Shown: positions 9,558 to 19,156 of the stretch, piece by piece
Numbering within the stretch: the first letter of the stretch is position 1
Layout of the letters: each line of letters begins with the position of its first letter
Source of the DNA: Nanobdellota archaeon
GTDB lineage: Archaea; Nanobdellota; Nanobdellia; Woesearchaeales; GCA-2686295
DNA length: 63,312 nt
Reading direction: 5' to 3'
Assembly (NCBI GenBank): GCA_018817005.1
Contig: JAHIUF010000015.1
Span: forward strand, 1-63,312
Notes under the pieces: model-generated
What the model was told of the DNA's origin: nothing
What the model saw: the letters and a program-made list of their open reading frames with translations, nothing else
Database searches by the model: none
Position numbers and translations under genes: made by a program

Positions 9558-10085
9558 GTGATTATAATGAGATTTTGGAAAATATCTAAACAAAAGGATT
9601 CAACATCAAAAACAATTGAAGATTTAGTAATAGAAACAACACTTAATCAAATAAAGATGTATAACAACCCTAATTACAAATCCTCAACAAAATATGATTA
9701 TATGAACATGCTCCACAATTACTGTGTAGGTCATCTAACAACAGAAGAAATATCTTTAACAATAAAGATAAATACACTTGCAGACAATATATCTTCAGCA
9801 ATTATTCAAGGTCGTAATAAATCCAAAAAGATAATGAGATTAGGAGATCTAAGCCTTATTGCAGGCATATTTACATTTCCAATAAACCCCTATATAGCTA
9901 TTGGGTTAGCAGTCACCTCTGCAGCCATTTATTATACTTCAAAAGTCACACACAGAAGAATTGTTAATAAACACTCTATGACGATTCCTGAAGAAATAAT
10001 GGATGATGAAAAGTTTTATGAAACTATTGACTCGATGAAACCAACCCTTCAAAAAATTCTTTTTGAGTCAAAAATGTATAATTAA
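9558..10085 (+). CDS. Hypothetical membrane protein
   Basis: Hydrophobic hairpin LSLIAGIFTFPINPYIAIGLAVTSAAIYY. Confidence 0.65.
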   Translation: MIIMRFWKISKQKDSTSKTIEDLVIETTLNQIKMYNNPNYKSSTKYDYMNMLHNYCVGHLTTEEISLTIKINTLADNISSAIIQGRNKSKKIMRLGDLSLIAGIFTFPINPYIAIGLAVTSAAIYYTSKVTHRRIVNKHSMTIPEEIMDDEKFYETIDSMKPTLQKILFESKMYN

Positions 10086-10115
10086 AATTTTTAAGCAAAA
10101 ATTAAAATTTTTAAT

Positions 10116-10520
10116 TCAATTTCTTTTTATTAGATGTTTTAAACCATAGAAGTAATCACTAAAAAGCTCATATAATATTTCTAACTCTCCCTCGCCAATC
10201 TCTGTTAAAAAATAGTTTTTCTTTCGCCCATCACGTTTGTACTTAACGAGTTTTTTGTTTCTAAGTTTTTTTAGAGCTGGATAAATGGTGCCGGGTGTTA
10301 AAATAACACCCTTTCTAGCACCCACCTTTTTCGCCAAGTCCTCACCACACAACCTCTTTTGTTTGAGTTCATGTAGTATGAGAAAGCTTAAGAAACCTTT
10401 GAGTTGAAGATACTCCGATTCTCTGCGTGTTTTTGTCTTCAGTTTTTTGTCACTGCTTGTTTGGTTCCTACTTTGTTTCTGTAATTTTTTGTTAGTCACT
10501 GTATCTGGCTTTCCCATCAA
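10116..10520 (-). CDS. PadR-family winged-helix DNA-binding protein with basic N-terminal tail
   Basis: KGFLSFLILHEL, CGEDL, PGTIYPALKKL and GRKKNYFLTEIG form the PadR signature. Confidence 0.88.
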   Translation of the reverse strand: MMGKPDTVTNKKLQKQSRNQTSSDKKLKTKTRRESEYLQLKGFLSFLILHELKQKRLCGEDLAKKVGARKGVILTPGTIYPALKKLRNKKLVKYKRDGRKKNYFLTEIGEGELEILYELFSDYFYGLKHLIKRN

Positions 10521-10550
10521 GTTAAATCTAGTTTCATCGTTTAAAAACTT

Positions 10551-10660
10551 ATTGGTTATAAAATATATAGTTTGTAAAATATATAGGTTAAACTATTGAT
10601 TGGATAAACTATTTATTGTTAGTACAATATATTGTAATAACAATTTATAGTATATACTAT
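10551..10660. repeat. Tandem array of 7 palindromic units ATWG-N6-(C/A)WAT, exact 16-bp period
   Basis: Units start at 10551, 10567, 10583, 10599, 10615, 10631 and 10647 (e.g. ATAGgttaaaCTAT, ATTGttagtaCAAT, ATAGtatataCTAT); directly upstream of the PadR gene. Confidence 0.85.
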
Positions 10661-10750
10661 ATTAATTAAAAAAAACTAAAAAAATAAATTTAAAACTAAT
10701 TTATTATTTTTATCCATAAAACTTAAAGAAAAAGTGAGCTTATATGATGC

Positions 10751-11287
10751 TTATATGGCTTCTTTTGAAACCAATCGTTGAGTTGCAGAACCATTAAGCT
10801 TCAAAATATTTTTTCGAGCCTGCAAATCTTTAAAGTTATACTCTAAAGAGAGATATTCATTATCAAAACTTCTTCTAACAACAGGTATCTTCTTAAAAAT
10901 TAGAGAATTTACATATCTTTCTACAAGTGCCTTTGTTAAACCTAATTTACGTGCGATCTCATCTACTGTTATTCCCTCATCCACAGAGTAGATTACAACA
11001 AAAACCTCCTCTTCTCTAGGAGAAAGGCTTATATTGTCAAAAGAATCATTATAAAAGTGAGGATTAACCTGCATTTGAAGATCATCAACTTTTTCCGAAA
11101 GCTTATCTACCTTTGCTTCCAATCTTAAAAGATACTCATAGTTTCCCTGTATCTCATTAGTATTCTGATTTATCGAGTCAAGATGCATATCTAAATCATC
11201 TTTTATTGCTTTAAAAACTGACTTTAAAGTATTCTTTATGTCAAAGATTTCTTTAGCAATATCTCTAACCTTTTTTACGCCTATAAT
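10751..11287 (-). CDS. Coiled-coil plus C-terminal wHTH protein; probable ATT/ATA start upstream of the tracked ATG
   Basis: LSPREEEVF and DEIARKLGLT HTH; frame open 33 codons upstream of 11188 to ATT/ATA, 6-9 nt after GGGGTGA. Confidence 0.7.
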   Translation of the reverse strand: MIGVKKVRDIAKEIFDIKNTLKSVFKAIKDDLDMHLDSINQNTNEIQGNYEYLLRLEAKVDKLSEKVDDLQMQVNPHFYNDSFDNISLSPREEEVFVVIYSVDEGITVDEIARKLGLTKALVERYVNSLIFKKIPVVRRSFDNEYLSLEYNFKDLQARKNILKLNGSATQRLVSKEAI

Positions 11288-11413
11288 GCTTAATCACCCC
11301 AATACAAAGTGAGAAAATGATAGTTTTTAAATATTATTATGCTCTAAATTATTATATTACAGGTTCCAATATTTATATGGATAAATATTCTTTTTTTTGA
11401 GAAAATAGTTGGT

Positions 11414-11980
11414 TTAGTTTTTTATTCGTGAGGCTGAACCTAAAATAAATTCTTCAACATTCTCACTTGATTTCAAAAGTTCATCATATTTTTCAGCAAT
11501 TCCCATCATTAAACTTGAAAATTTCTCTGAATCATCTTTAATCTTAACTTTTGAAAGCATATTTTTCGTTTCAGAATCTAACTCATTCACATTTTTTTCT
11601 TTGATAATCTTTGCTGTTGTTTTCAAATAATTACTAAAAGATTTCATTTCTTCATGCAGTTCATTTAGGGAAGGCCAGTCTTGGACATAATTTGTTAATC
11701 CTTCAAAAGTATTTTCTGCGTTAAAGGCCAAACCTCTTTGACAACCAGCGAATAAATAACCCATTTCATCTATTCTGTGATTATATTTTTCTACCAACTC
11801 AGAATATTTTTGACATATCGTCATGGATCTTTCTAAAAAATAAGGGTTGATTTTGCCAAAAAAGTTTACTAAAAGGCCTGATTTGTTCTCTAAAGATTCT
11901 AATCTTGTGTAAGGTATATTTATATACATTAATTCTTCATTAAGTCTTTCTATTAAAGACATATCTTTAGTTTCATTCAT
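11414..11980 (-). CDS. Hypothetical helical protein
   Basis: 188-aa ORF, third gene of a tightly spaced trio. Confidence 0.65.
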   Translation of the reverse strand: MNETKDMSLIERLNEELMYINIPYTRLESLENKSGLLVNFFGKINPYFLERSMTICQKYSELVEKYNHRIDEMGYLFAGCQRGLAFNAENTFEGLTNYVQDWPSLNELHEEMKSFSNYLKTTAKIIKEKNVNELDSETKNMLSKVKIKDDSEKFSSLMMGIAEKYDELLKSSENVEEFILGSASRIKN

Positions 11981-11989
11981 GGTTTATAA

Positions 11990-12409
11990 TTAATTTCTTT
12001 GTATATAAGCTTGTCGCATTATATCAAAGCTTTTATTTGATAAGTCTAGGTATTTGGTGGCATCTGCCATTTTATCAAAAAATTTTGAACTATTTGACAC
12101 TTGAATTGTTGATTTGTGTAGATCTTGCACTTTTCCTTCCAGATAGTTTCGTGAAAGTTCATTTAATTGGGCTATCTCTTTCTCTATTTCTAATCTTGCC
12201 TGTGAAAGATAGTTTTTTGCTTCATCAAGATAACCACTTGTTTTTTCCACATCATCATAGTTTATTGAAAATTTCAGGTTTTTGTTTAAATCATTCTTTT
12301 TTTCTGTGACTTCTTTTATCTGAAATTCTAGCATTCTCCATGTTTCTTGTAGTGCTTTTACAGATACTGTGAAGAGTGAATAATCAAGTGAGTCTTTTGG
12401 TTTTTTCAT
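11990..12409 (-). CDS. Hypothetical coiled-coil protein
   Basis: ATGA overlap with the upstream ORF. Confidence 0.65.
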   Translation of the reverse strand: MKKPKDSLDYSLFTVSVKALQETWRMLEFQIKEVTEKKNDLNKNLKFSINYDDVEKTSGYLDEAKNYLSQARLEIEKEIAQLNELSRNYLEGKVQDLHKSTIQVSNSSKFFDKMADATKYLDLSNKSFDIMRQAYIQRN

Positions 12410-12726
12410 TGTATATTTTTTTGTTGATTGTATAAGGTTTTTGCATAATTATTTGTTTGGTGTATTGCATTATCTACTTTTGTTTCTGCAAACAATATTG
12501 AGTTTAAATCATGAAGTGTTTTTGTAAATTCTTCTGCAAACTTTTTAACATCATTCATTGTTTTAGTTGCAAAGTCTATTTCATCAGCACTATATAATGG
12601 ATTTAATGGCTTCTCGAAAAATAATCTTGGTATTATAGGTCTTGTCATTGCCCCAATAACTGCCGTCGAAGCTAAGGCAAATATCTTATTGTATTCGATT
12701 ATTTTGTTTTTAATCATAGTTTTCAC
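12406..12726 (-). CDS. Hypothetical protein with N-terminal hydrophobic segment (start probably 12717)
   Basis: GAGGTGA RBS before MIKNK; segment IFALASTAVIGAM. Confidence 0.6.
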   Translation of the reverse strand: MKTMIKNKIIEYNKIFALASTAVIGAMTRPIIPRLFFEKPLNPLYSADEIDFATKTMNDVKKFAEEFTKTLHDLNSILFAETKVDNAIHQTNNYAKTLYNQQKNIQ

Positions 12727-12842
12727 CTCTATTTTATCTTATTAATTTTAATAAGTATTTAAATCTTTCGCTTTTTTACCACTGTAAAGTAACTATTTTT
12801 TGTTTGAAAGATTTATAAACAACAAAAAAACACGATGAAATA

Positions 12843-13454
12843 ATGAGTAAAAAAGAATTGGCAGTAAGGCTTTCAAAACTAAAAACCTTTGAAAACCCAA
12901 ACGTTATGATGGAACAATACCCAACAGACTCCGAAATAGCTGCCGAAGTATTATGGTTTGCAATGCTTAAAGGAGACATTGAAGGAAAAATCATTGCTGA
13001 CTTTGGAGCAGGAACAGGAACACTTGGTATTGGAAGTCTACTTTTAGGAACAAAAAAAGTGTTTTTTATAGAAAAAGACGAAAAAGCAGTCCAAATATTA
13101 CAAGAAAACCTGGATTTTGAAGAGATTTCAGAAGAAAAATATGTACTCATAAAGAAAGATTTAGAATTTTTTCAAGAAAAAACTGATGTTGTTATTCAAA
13201 ACCCGCCATTTGGAACAAAAGAAAAACACGCTGATTCTGACTTCTTAAAAAAAGCTATGCTTACAGCACCAGTTATCTACACGTTTCACAAGACTGAAAC
13301 TGAAAAGTTCATACAAGAAAAAGCCAACTCAAATAGTTTCATTTGCACAAACAAGTTTGAATTCAACTTTCCAATAAAAAAAATCATGGAGCATCATAAA
13401 AAAAGAATTGAACACATAAAAGTCACTTGTTTTAGATTTGAAAAAGACAACTAA
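12843..13454 (+). CDS. METTL5-like predicted RNA N6-adenine methyltransferase (COG2263)
   Basis: EQYPT, DFGAGTG and QNPPFGT (NPPF) motifs. Confidence 0.88.
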   Translation: MSKKELAVRLSKLKTFENPNVMMEQYPTDSEIAAEVLWFAMLKGDIEGKIIADFGAGTGTLGIGSLLLGTKKVFFIEKDEKAVQILQENLDFEEISEEKYVLIKKDLEFFQEKTDVVIQNPPFGTKEKHADSDFLKKAMLTAPVIYTFHKTETEKFIQEKANSNSFICTNKFEFNFPIKKIMEHHKKRIEHIKVTCFRFEKDN

Positions 13455-13484
13455 TAAAAAGAACAAGATGTTAAAAGAACAAGA

Positions 13485-14438
13485 ATGATTACAATAATAC
13501 TCTGGATAATTATGCTAATTGTTAGTATCATAATTCTTGTTAAAAGTGCAGATTTCTTCACAACAGCTGCTGAGAAAATTGGTTTGTTCTTCAAGATGAG
13601 TCCATTTATAATTGGTGTAACCATTGTAAGTATTGGAACCTCACTTCCAGAACTCGCATCATCAATACTTGCAGTTATCCATAAATCATCAGAAATCGTT
13701 GTTGGAAATGTTGTTGGTTCAAATATCGCAAATATATTACTAGTCTTTGGTGCATCAGTAATCATTACAAAACTAATGAAAAACAGCTTTGAAGAGATTA
13801 ACTTTAACATGCCACTACTAATCGCCTCAACAATACTTATTCTCATAATGAGCTTAGATGGTACATTTAGCTTTATTGAAGGATTAGTCTGCATTTTTGG
13901 ATACATCATATACCTCGGTCACATTTTTTATAAAAAAGAAAAAGTACAAATAGAATTAGATGAAAAAGTAAGAACTAGATGTGATAAAAAAAAACTCTGC
14001 AAAAATATCTTAGTTTTATTGATAACAACCGTAGCAATTTATTTTAGTGCTAAATACACAGTTGTTTCAATAATAAAACTCTCAGAAATACTATCTTTTG
14101 GAACAGAAGTCATCGCTGCAACAGTTGTTGCTCTTGGAACATCACTTCCAGAACTTTCAGTCACCATAATTGCTACAAAAAAAGGTAAATCAGCAATGGC
14201 AATTGGGAATGTTTTAGGATCAAATATTTTTAACAGTTTTATTGTAATAGGAATTTCCGCTCTTATATCAAACCTTAAAGTTACTACGACCATGATGACT
14301 TTTGGAGTGCCTTTCATGTTTTTAACAACATTACTTTTCTTTTTCATTATGAGGGACAAGAAAGTTTCTAGATGGAAAGGCTGGATGTTTATACTATTAT
14401 ACTTATTTTTTATAGTCAAATTATTTGGCCTTCTTTAA
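13485..14438 (+). CDS. Calcium/sodium antiporter (YrbG, CaCA family)
   Basis: Two alpha repeats, GTSLPE followed by GNVxGSNI. Confidence 0.92.
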   Translation: MITIILWIIMLIVSIIILVKSADFFTTAAEKIGLFFKMSPFIIGVTIVSIGTSLPELASSILAVIHKSSEIVVGNVVGSNIANILLVFGASVIITKLMKNSFEEINFNMPLLIASTILILIMSLDGTFSFIEGLVCIFGYIIYLGHIFYKKEKVQIELDEKVRTRCDKKKLCKNILVLLITTVAIYFSAKYTVVSIIKLSEILSFGTEVIAATVVALGTSLPELSVTIIATKKGKSAMAIGNVLGSNIFNSFIVIGISALISNLKVTTTMMTFGVPFMFLTTLLFFFIMRDKKVSRWKGWMFILLYLFFIVKLFGLL

Positions 14439-14488
14439 CACCTTTTTTAATAGTTAAATTTATAAATAAAGGTCTTTTCCAGATTGAC

Positions 14489-14767
14489 ATGGAAATAAAA
14501 TTTCTAGAGGACACAAAGTATCGAGTTGTATTTGAACTTAAAGGTACTGATCATACATTTGTAAATGCCTTAAAAGAAGAACTTTGGAACGATGCAGATA
14601 TAAAAATTGCAGCATATAACATTGAACATCCTCTTATTGGCATACCTAAAATAATTGTCGAAACTGGTAACAGTAAGAAAGATGCAAAAAAAGCAATAAT
14701 GAATGCTTGTGATAGAATTAAAAAAGAAAACACTCAATTTCTCACAAAATTTAAGAAAGCTAAGTAA
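14489..14767 (+). CDS. rpoL: DNA-directed RNA polymerase subunit L (Rpo11)
   Basis: GTDHTFVNALKEEL and AAYNIEHPLIG; true start MEIKF at 14489. Confidence 0.92.
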   Translation: MEIKFLEDTKYRVVFELKGTDHTFVNALKEELWNDADIKIAAYNIEHPLIGIPKIIVETGNSKKDAKKAIMNACDRIKKENTQFLTKFKKAK

Positions 14768-14799
14768 GATTTAAATAAAGAGGATGTTTATTCTTCGAT

Positions 14800-15348
14800 A
14801 TGGATGAAAAGGATAAAAAACTTATTTTGGATTTTGCCAGAGAATCTATAAAGACTTGGTTTTTTCAAGACGAACCCAATATAAATGAGGTTATTCATTT
14901 AAATGAGGAAAGAGGTTTGTTCGTAACACTTCATAAACGTGGAAATCTTCGAGGTTGTATTGGTTTTCCGTACCCAATTATGCCTCTTTATAAGGCAGTT
15001 ATTGAAGCTGCAAGAAGCGCTGCTTTTCATGATGCTAGATTTCCACCGTTAGAAAAAAGCGAACTTAGAGATTTAAAAATAGAAGTTTCAATTCTTAGTG
15101 TGCCTGAATTGATTATGGTAAATAGTCCTAAAGATTATTTTCGAGAAATAATAATTGGTGTTGATGGTCTTATTATAAAAGGCCTTTTTGGTTCTGGTTT
15201 ATTACTTCCACAGGTTGCAACTGAAAATAATTTTACTGTTGGTCAATTCTTGAATTGTTTATGTCAAAAAGCAGGTCTTCCTTTTAATGCTTGGCAGGAT
15301 TCTGAAAACAAAATTTACAAATTTCAAGCAGAAATAATCACTGAATAA
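14800..15348 (+). CDS. AMMECR1-domain protein (AmmeMemoRadiSam protein A / TIGR00296-like)
   Basis: GLFVTL, LRGCIG, DARFPP, GLLLPQVA and KAGL motifs. Confidence 0.92.
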   Translation: MDEKDKKLILDFARESIKTWFFQDEPNINEVIHLNEERGLFVTLHKRGNLRGCIGFPYPIMPLYKAVIEAARSAAFHDARFPPLEKSELRDLKIEVSILSVPELIMVNSPKDYFREIIIGVDGLIIKGLFGSGLLLPQVATENNFTVGQFLNCLCQKAGLPFNAWQDSENKIYKFQAEIITE

Positions 15349-15388
15349 TAGTAACATTTATTAAGTTGTTCGTATTTCTTATTAATTA

Positions 15389-15988
15389 ATGAAAGAAGAA
15401 AACATTCTGCTTGAAGACAAAATACAAAAGCAAATCGCAGAGACAGGAATAATAAGTAAAGAGATAATTCGCTTCTATAACTACAGCGAACGAACATTCT
15501 TAAAAAAAATTCATTTATTCATAGATGAAGCATATAAAAGATTAGAAAAAGGAATTGATGCACATATTGAACCAAAAATTTTAAGAACAATAATCAAAAA
15601 ATCATTCAAAATAGGAAAATATCTAGAAGATGGAGTAAAAATGTATGTGGGTGGAATGTTTTTCAAAGAAGACCAAGAAACAATAGGAAAAATAATACAT
15701 AAAGAATCCTGGCAAATAACCGCAACAAACAGCGTACTAGAAACTGCCTATGCAGGAGTACTGGCATTAGGAGCAATAACTACTGGAACGATAGGACTTT
15801 TAGCACCAATAGCAATATATGGTGCAATACAAATTGCGAAAAGCGGAGTTTCAATAGCTCAGAAAAAAGCATTTGCATCCATAAGCATAGCAGGACTAAC
15901 ACTGAATTCCACAACCTACATTAAAAGATTTCAAAAACATTTCAAAGAAACATATTCTGAACCAACACAATTCTACCACCGATTATAA
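15389..15988 (+). CDS. Hypothetical membrane-associated protein
   Basis: Gly/Ala-rich hydrophobic hairpin. Confidence 0.65.
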   Translation: MKEENILLEDKIQKQIAETGIISKEIIRFYNYSERTFLKKIHLFIDEAYKRLEKGIDAHIEPKILRTIIKKSFKIGKYLEDGVKMYVGGMFFKEDQETIGKIIHKESWQITATNSVLETAYAGVLALGAITTGTIGLLAPIAIYGAIQIAKSGVSIAQKKAFASISIAGLTLNSTTYIKRFQKHFKETYSEPTQFYHRL

Positions 15989-16047
15989 CATCGCGATAGG
16001 ACTTGAAAACAAAATATTTAAAGCAAGCTTTCATTCTTAAAGTTAAC

Positions 16048-17094
16048 ATGAGTTATTTTGAAAAAGAAGTCATTAAATTAAAAAAAGAAATAAACAAAGA
16101 ACTAAAAACACTGATTAATAAAAAACTAGACAATACTTCTTTTGAAAAAATTATAAAACAATTTGTTCTCTCCGGTGGAAAAAGACTTCGACCAATAATT
16201 TTACTTCAAGCATATAAAGGTGTTGATGGAAAAAAGAACATCATCTCAGAAGCGCTAAGTGTTGAATTGTTCCATAACTCAACACTAATACATGATGATT
16301 TAATGGATGAAGACGAACAAAGAAGAGGTATGCCAACAGTTCAAAAAGAGTTAAAAGATTATTTCCTAAAAAAGCATTGTGAAAAGGAATATGCAGGTGT
16401 TTTGTTCAATAAAAAATCATCAAAAAATGCTGTTGCTAATACAATAATTGCTGGAAATATTCTTCTAATAATAGGATCTGAATGCTTAACCGAATCAAAA
16501 ATCGAGCCTAAAAAAATCACAGAAGCAATCAATGTTTATAACAAAGCATATTATCTTGTTAACAAAGGACAAGTAATGGATGTTGCTTTTGAAAATAAAA
16601 AAAAAGTTTCAGAAAAAGAATATCTGGACATGGCGACAAAAAAAACTGCCGAACTTATAAAAGCATCAATTGAAATTGGAGCGATACTTGGTGGAGCTAA
16701 CAAAAGACAAATCAAAAAGTTAAAAGATTACGCTGAAAACATAGCGATCGCATTTCAAATCCATGATGACTTAATGGACGTGGATTTAGAAATGAACAAA
16801 GGTAGAGCAGTGGGGTCGGATATCATACAAGGGAAAAAAACACTTCCGATAATAAAGGCTTTGAAAAAAGACAAAAAAATAATACAAATATTAAACAAAT
16901 CTGTTAAGACAAAAAAAGATTTATCACAAGCAATAACAATATTAAATAAAACAGGTGCAATAGACTACTGTAAAAAACTCTGCAAAAAAAAAACTATGGC
17001 TGGAGTAAAAAGTCTTTTAGAAGCAAAGCTTGAAAAAAGCTCTGAAGAATTCTTTTTAAAACTAGCAGAAAATTTGCTTACAAGAAAAAATTAA
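16048..17094 (+). CDS. Polyprenyl (geranylgeranyl) diphosphate synthase
   Basis: GGKRLRP, HDDLMDEDEQRRG (FARM), GQVMD, KTA and FQIHDDLMD (SARM). Confidence 0.92.
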   Translation: MSYFEKEVIKLKKEINKELKTLINKKLDNTSFEKIIKQFVLSGGKRLRPIILLQAYKGVDGKKNIISEALSVELFHNSTLIHDDLMDEDEQRRGMPTVQKELKDYFLKKHCEKEYAGVLFNKKSSKNAVANTIIAGNILLIIGSECLTESKIEPKKITEAINVYNKAYYLVNKGQVMDVAFENKKKVSEKEYLDMATKKTAELIKASIEIGAILGGANKRQIKKLKDYAENIAIAFQIHDDLMDVDLEMNKGRAVGSDIIQGKKTLPIIKALKKDKKIIQILNKSVKTKKDLSQAITILNKTGAIDYCKKLCKKKTMAGVKSLLEAKLEKSSEEFFLKLAENLLTRKN

Positions 17095-17516
17095 TTATCC
17101 ATCAATTCAATTAGTTCTTTTTGTTTTGCTTCAATTTCATCTAGTAAAGATTCTGCTTGTTTCATCTTATGATATTCATTTTTAATTTCAGGAGATTCTA
17201 ATGCAAGCAAAATACTAAATAATTCTTTGTTTTCAATTCGTTCGCCATCAATCTTGAACTTTCTTGAAGGACCTTGATACAAAAGATTCCATTCATCAGC
17301 GCCTTTTTCTTTTATATAACAAGTTGTGTGAAAATCTGGCTGTATTGCAAAAACATCATGATAATTTCTGTCTTTTGATTCACACACAATGCCTTCGATT
17401 GCTGAATGTTTTTCTGGAAAAAAAGCTTCATATGTTCTATTTTCAATCAACACTTCTGTTGAAACACCGTCATATTGAGGATTATTCATTTGTTCATCAC
17501 CAATAATGGTAATCAC
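17091..17516 (-). CDS. Hypothetical protein (likely start MNNPQ, 17489)
   Basis: GGTGA RBS before MNNPQ; N-terminus duplicated in the next ORF. Confidence 0.6.
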   Translation of the reverse strand: MITIIGDEQMNNPQYDGVSTEVLIENRTYEAFFPEKHSAIEGIVCESKDRNYHDVFAIQPDFHTTCYIKEKGADEWNLLYQGPSRKFKIDGERIENKELFSILLALESPEIKNEYHKMKQAESLLDEIEAKQKELIELMDN

Positions 17517-18350
17517 ATTTTTATTTTAAATGTTTGGGTGATTGTATCTTCTTATTTATATTTTTAGCAAAAGATTGATGTAGAATGATAAAACTAACTA
17601 ATAAGACTTATTAAGAAATAGAGTTAACATACGCAGCGTATTTATTTACCGCATTTTTTTAAGAGAAGTTTTATTTTTTGTTATTTATTCTTTCAATAAT
17701 ATTTGTTGTTGAGAATCCTTTTTCTAAAGGAATTAATATGACTTTTCCACCGTATTTTTCTACAATTTTTCTTTCAGGCATTGGTTTGTTAGAATAATCC
17801 TCTCCTTTTGCTTGAATTGTTGGTTTTATTTTTTTTATCAAATCCGAAGGGTTGTTTTCATTAAAAAAAACAATATAATCAACACATGTAAGCGCAGCCA
17901 ACATTTCTGCCCTTTCATTCTCATTAATTATTGGTCTATTAATACCTTTTAATTTTCTAATAGAATTATCAGTATTAAATCCTATTATTAAAAAATCTCC
18001 TAACATTTTGCATTTTTCAAGTAATCTTACATGTCCTACATGCAATATGTCAAAACAACCATTGGTAAAAACTACAGTTTTACCTTTTTTCTTAAATGAT
18101 TTGGATATCTTGCTTATTTCATCTTTTGTTTTTATCTTTGAGTTTTCTTTTTTAAAAATATTAATTAATTCTTCATTTGTTACAACAGCTGTTCCAGATT
18201 TACTAACTACTATGCCTGCGGCATGTTTTTCTGGAAAAAAAGCTTCATATGTTCTATTTTCAATCAACACTTCTGTTGAAACACCATCATATTGAGGATT
18301 ATTCATTTGTTCAACACCAATAATAGGAATCATATTTTTATTTTAAATGT
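17406..18350. repeat. 128-bp direct repeat (17406-17533 and 18223-18350), 5 mismatches
   Basis: Offset 817 bp; covers the upstream region and first ~37 codons of both ORFs. Confidence 0.92.
17671..18333 (-). CDS. Chimeric RfaE/HldE domain II cytidylyl/adenylyltransferase
   Basis: FTNGCFDILHVGH (HxGH), RPII and STTNII; preceded by a PfkB kinase tail AAGIVVSKSGTAVV and a duplicated foreign N-terminus. Confidence 0.8.
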   Translation of the reverse strand: MIPIIGVEQMNNPQYDGVSTEVLIENRTYEAFFPEKHAAGIVVSKSGTAVVTNEELINIFKKENSKIKTKDEISKISKSFKKKGKTVVFTNGCFDILHVGHVRLLEKCKMLGDFLIIGFNTDNSIRKLKGINRPIINENERAEMLAALTCVDYIVFFNENNPSDLIKKIKPTIQAKGEDYSNKPMPERKIVEKYGGKVILIPLEKGFSTTNIIERINNKK

Positions 18351-18379
18351 ATTTATTTTGTAAAAGAAATTCAAAAGAT

Positions 18380-19102
18380 TTATCGTCCAAATCTTCTTTC
18401 ACGATCAGCAAATTCTTCAAGCACTTTTAAAAAATCTTCTTTTTCAAATTCAGGCCAACATTTTTCTAAAAAAAACCATTCTGAATAATTACTTTGCCAT
18501 ATTAGAAAGTTTGATGTACGCTTATCACCGCCAGTTCTAATTATCAAATCTGGTTCATCAATGATGTATAAATAATTTTGAAATATTTCTTCATTTATCG
18601 TTTCAACATCTACTTTTCCGTTTTTTAAGTCTTTTCCAAGTCTAATCACAGCATCTATTACTTCTTCTCTTCCACCATATGCAATTGCGAAGTTAACTAT
18701 GTATTTCTTGTTGTTTTTCGTTTTTTCCATTACTTTTTCTAATACTTCACGCACATCGTTTGGAAGAAGATGAATCCGACCGATGATATTCACCCTAAGA
18801 CCTTCTTTCATCACTTCATCGTCATTTAGAATCCTTAAAAATTCTTTTTTGAATATATTCATTATATAATCGAATTCTTCTTTTGGTCGGTTCAGATTCT
18901 GCATTGAAAAAGAGTAAAGAGTTATTTCTTTTACACCTAAATCCCTACACCACTTCAAAAGCTCTTCAACTTTTTTTGCACCCCATTCATGACCTTTCCA
19001 AGGTTTCATCATTAAGCGTTTTGCAAATCGTCTATTACCATCAAGAATTATACCTACGTGTTTTGGAATGGTGTTTTTTGTTGGTTTGAAATTTTGAGAC
19101 AT
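18380..19102 (-). CDS. uppS: cis-Prenyltransferase (polyprenyl diphosphate synthase)
   Basis: PKHVGIILDGNRRFA, YSFSMQN, YGGREE and PDLIIRTGG..RTSNFL. Confidence 0.95.
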   Translation of the reverse strand: MSQNFKPTKNTIPKHVGIILDGNRRFAKRLMMKPWKGHEWGAKKVEELLKWCRDLGVKEITLYSFSMQNLNRPKEEFDYIMNIFKKEFLRILNDDEVMKEGLRVNIIGRIHLLPNDVREVLEKVMEKTKNNKKYIVNFAIAYGGREEVIDAVIRLGKDLKNGKVDVETINEEIFQNYLYIIDEPDLIIRTGGDKRTSNFLIWQSNYSEWFFLEKCWPEFEKEDFLKVLEEFADRERRFGR

Positions 19103-19156
19103 TTATATGGTAAAAATAGAATTATTTTTAAAGGTTACTATAAATAATATTTTATC

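Noticed and set aside
14372-14488. Long N-terminal extensions in the ORF track (rpoL; also 23201, 26296, 34538, 39895, 59630)
   Set aside because: They overlap upstream genes or TATA boxes; downstream ATGs fit better.
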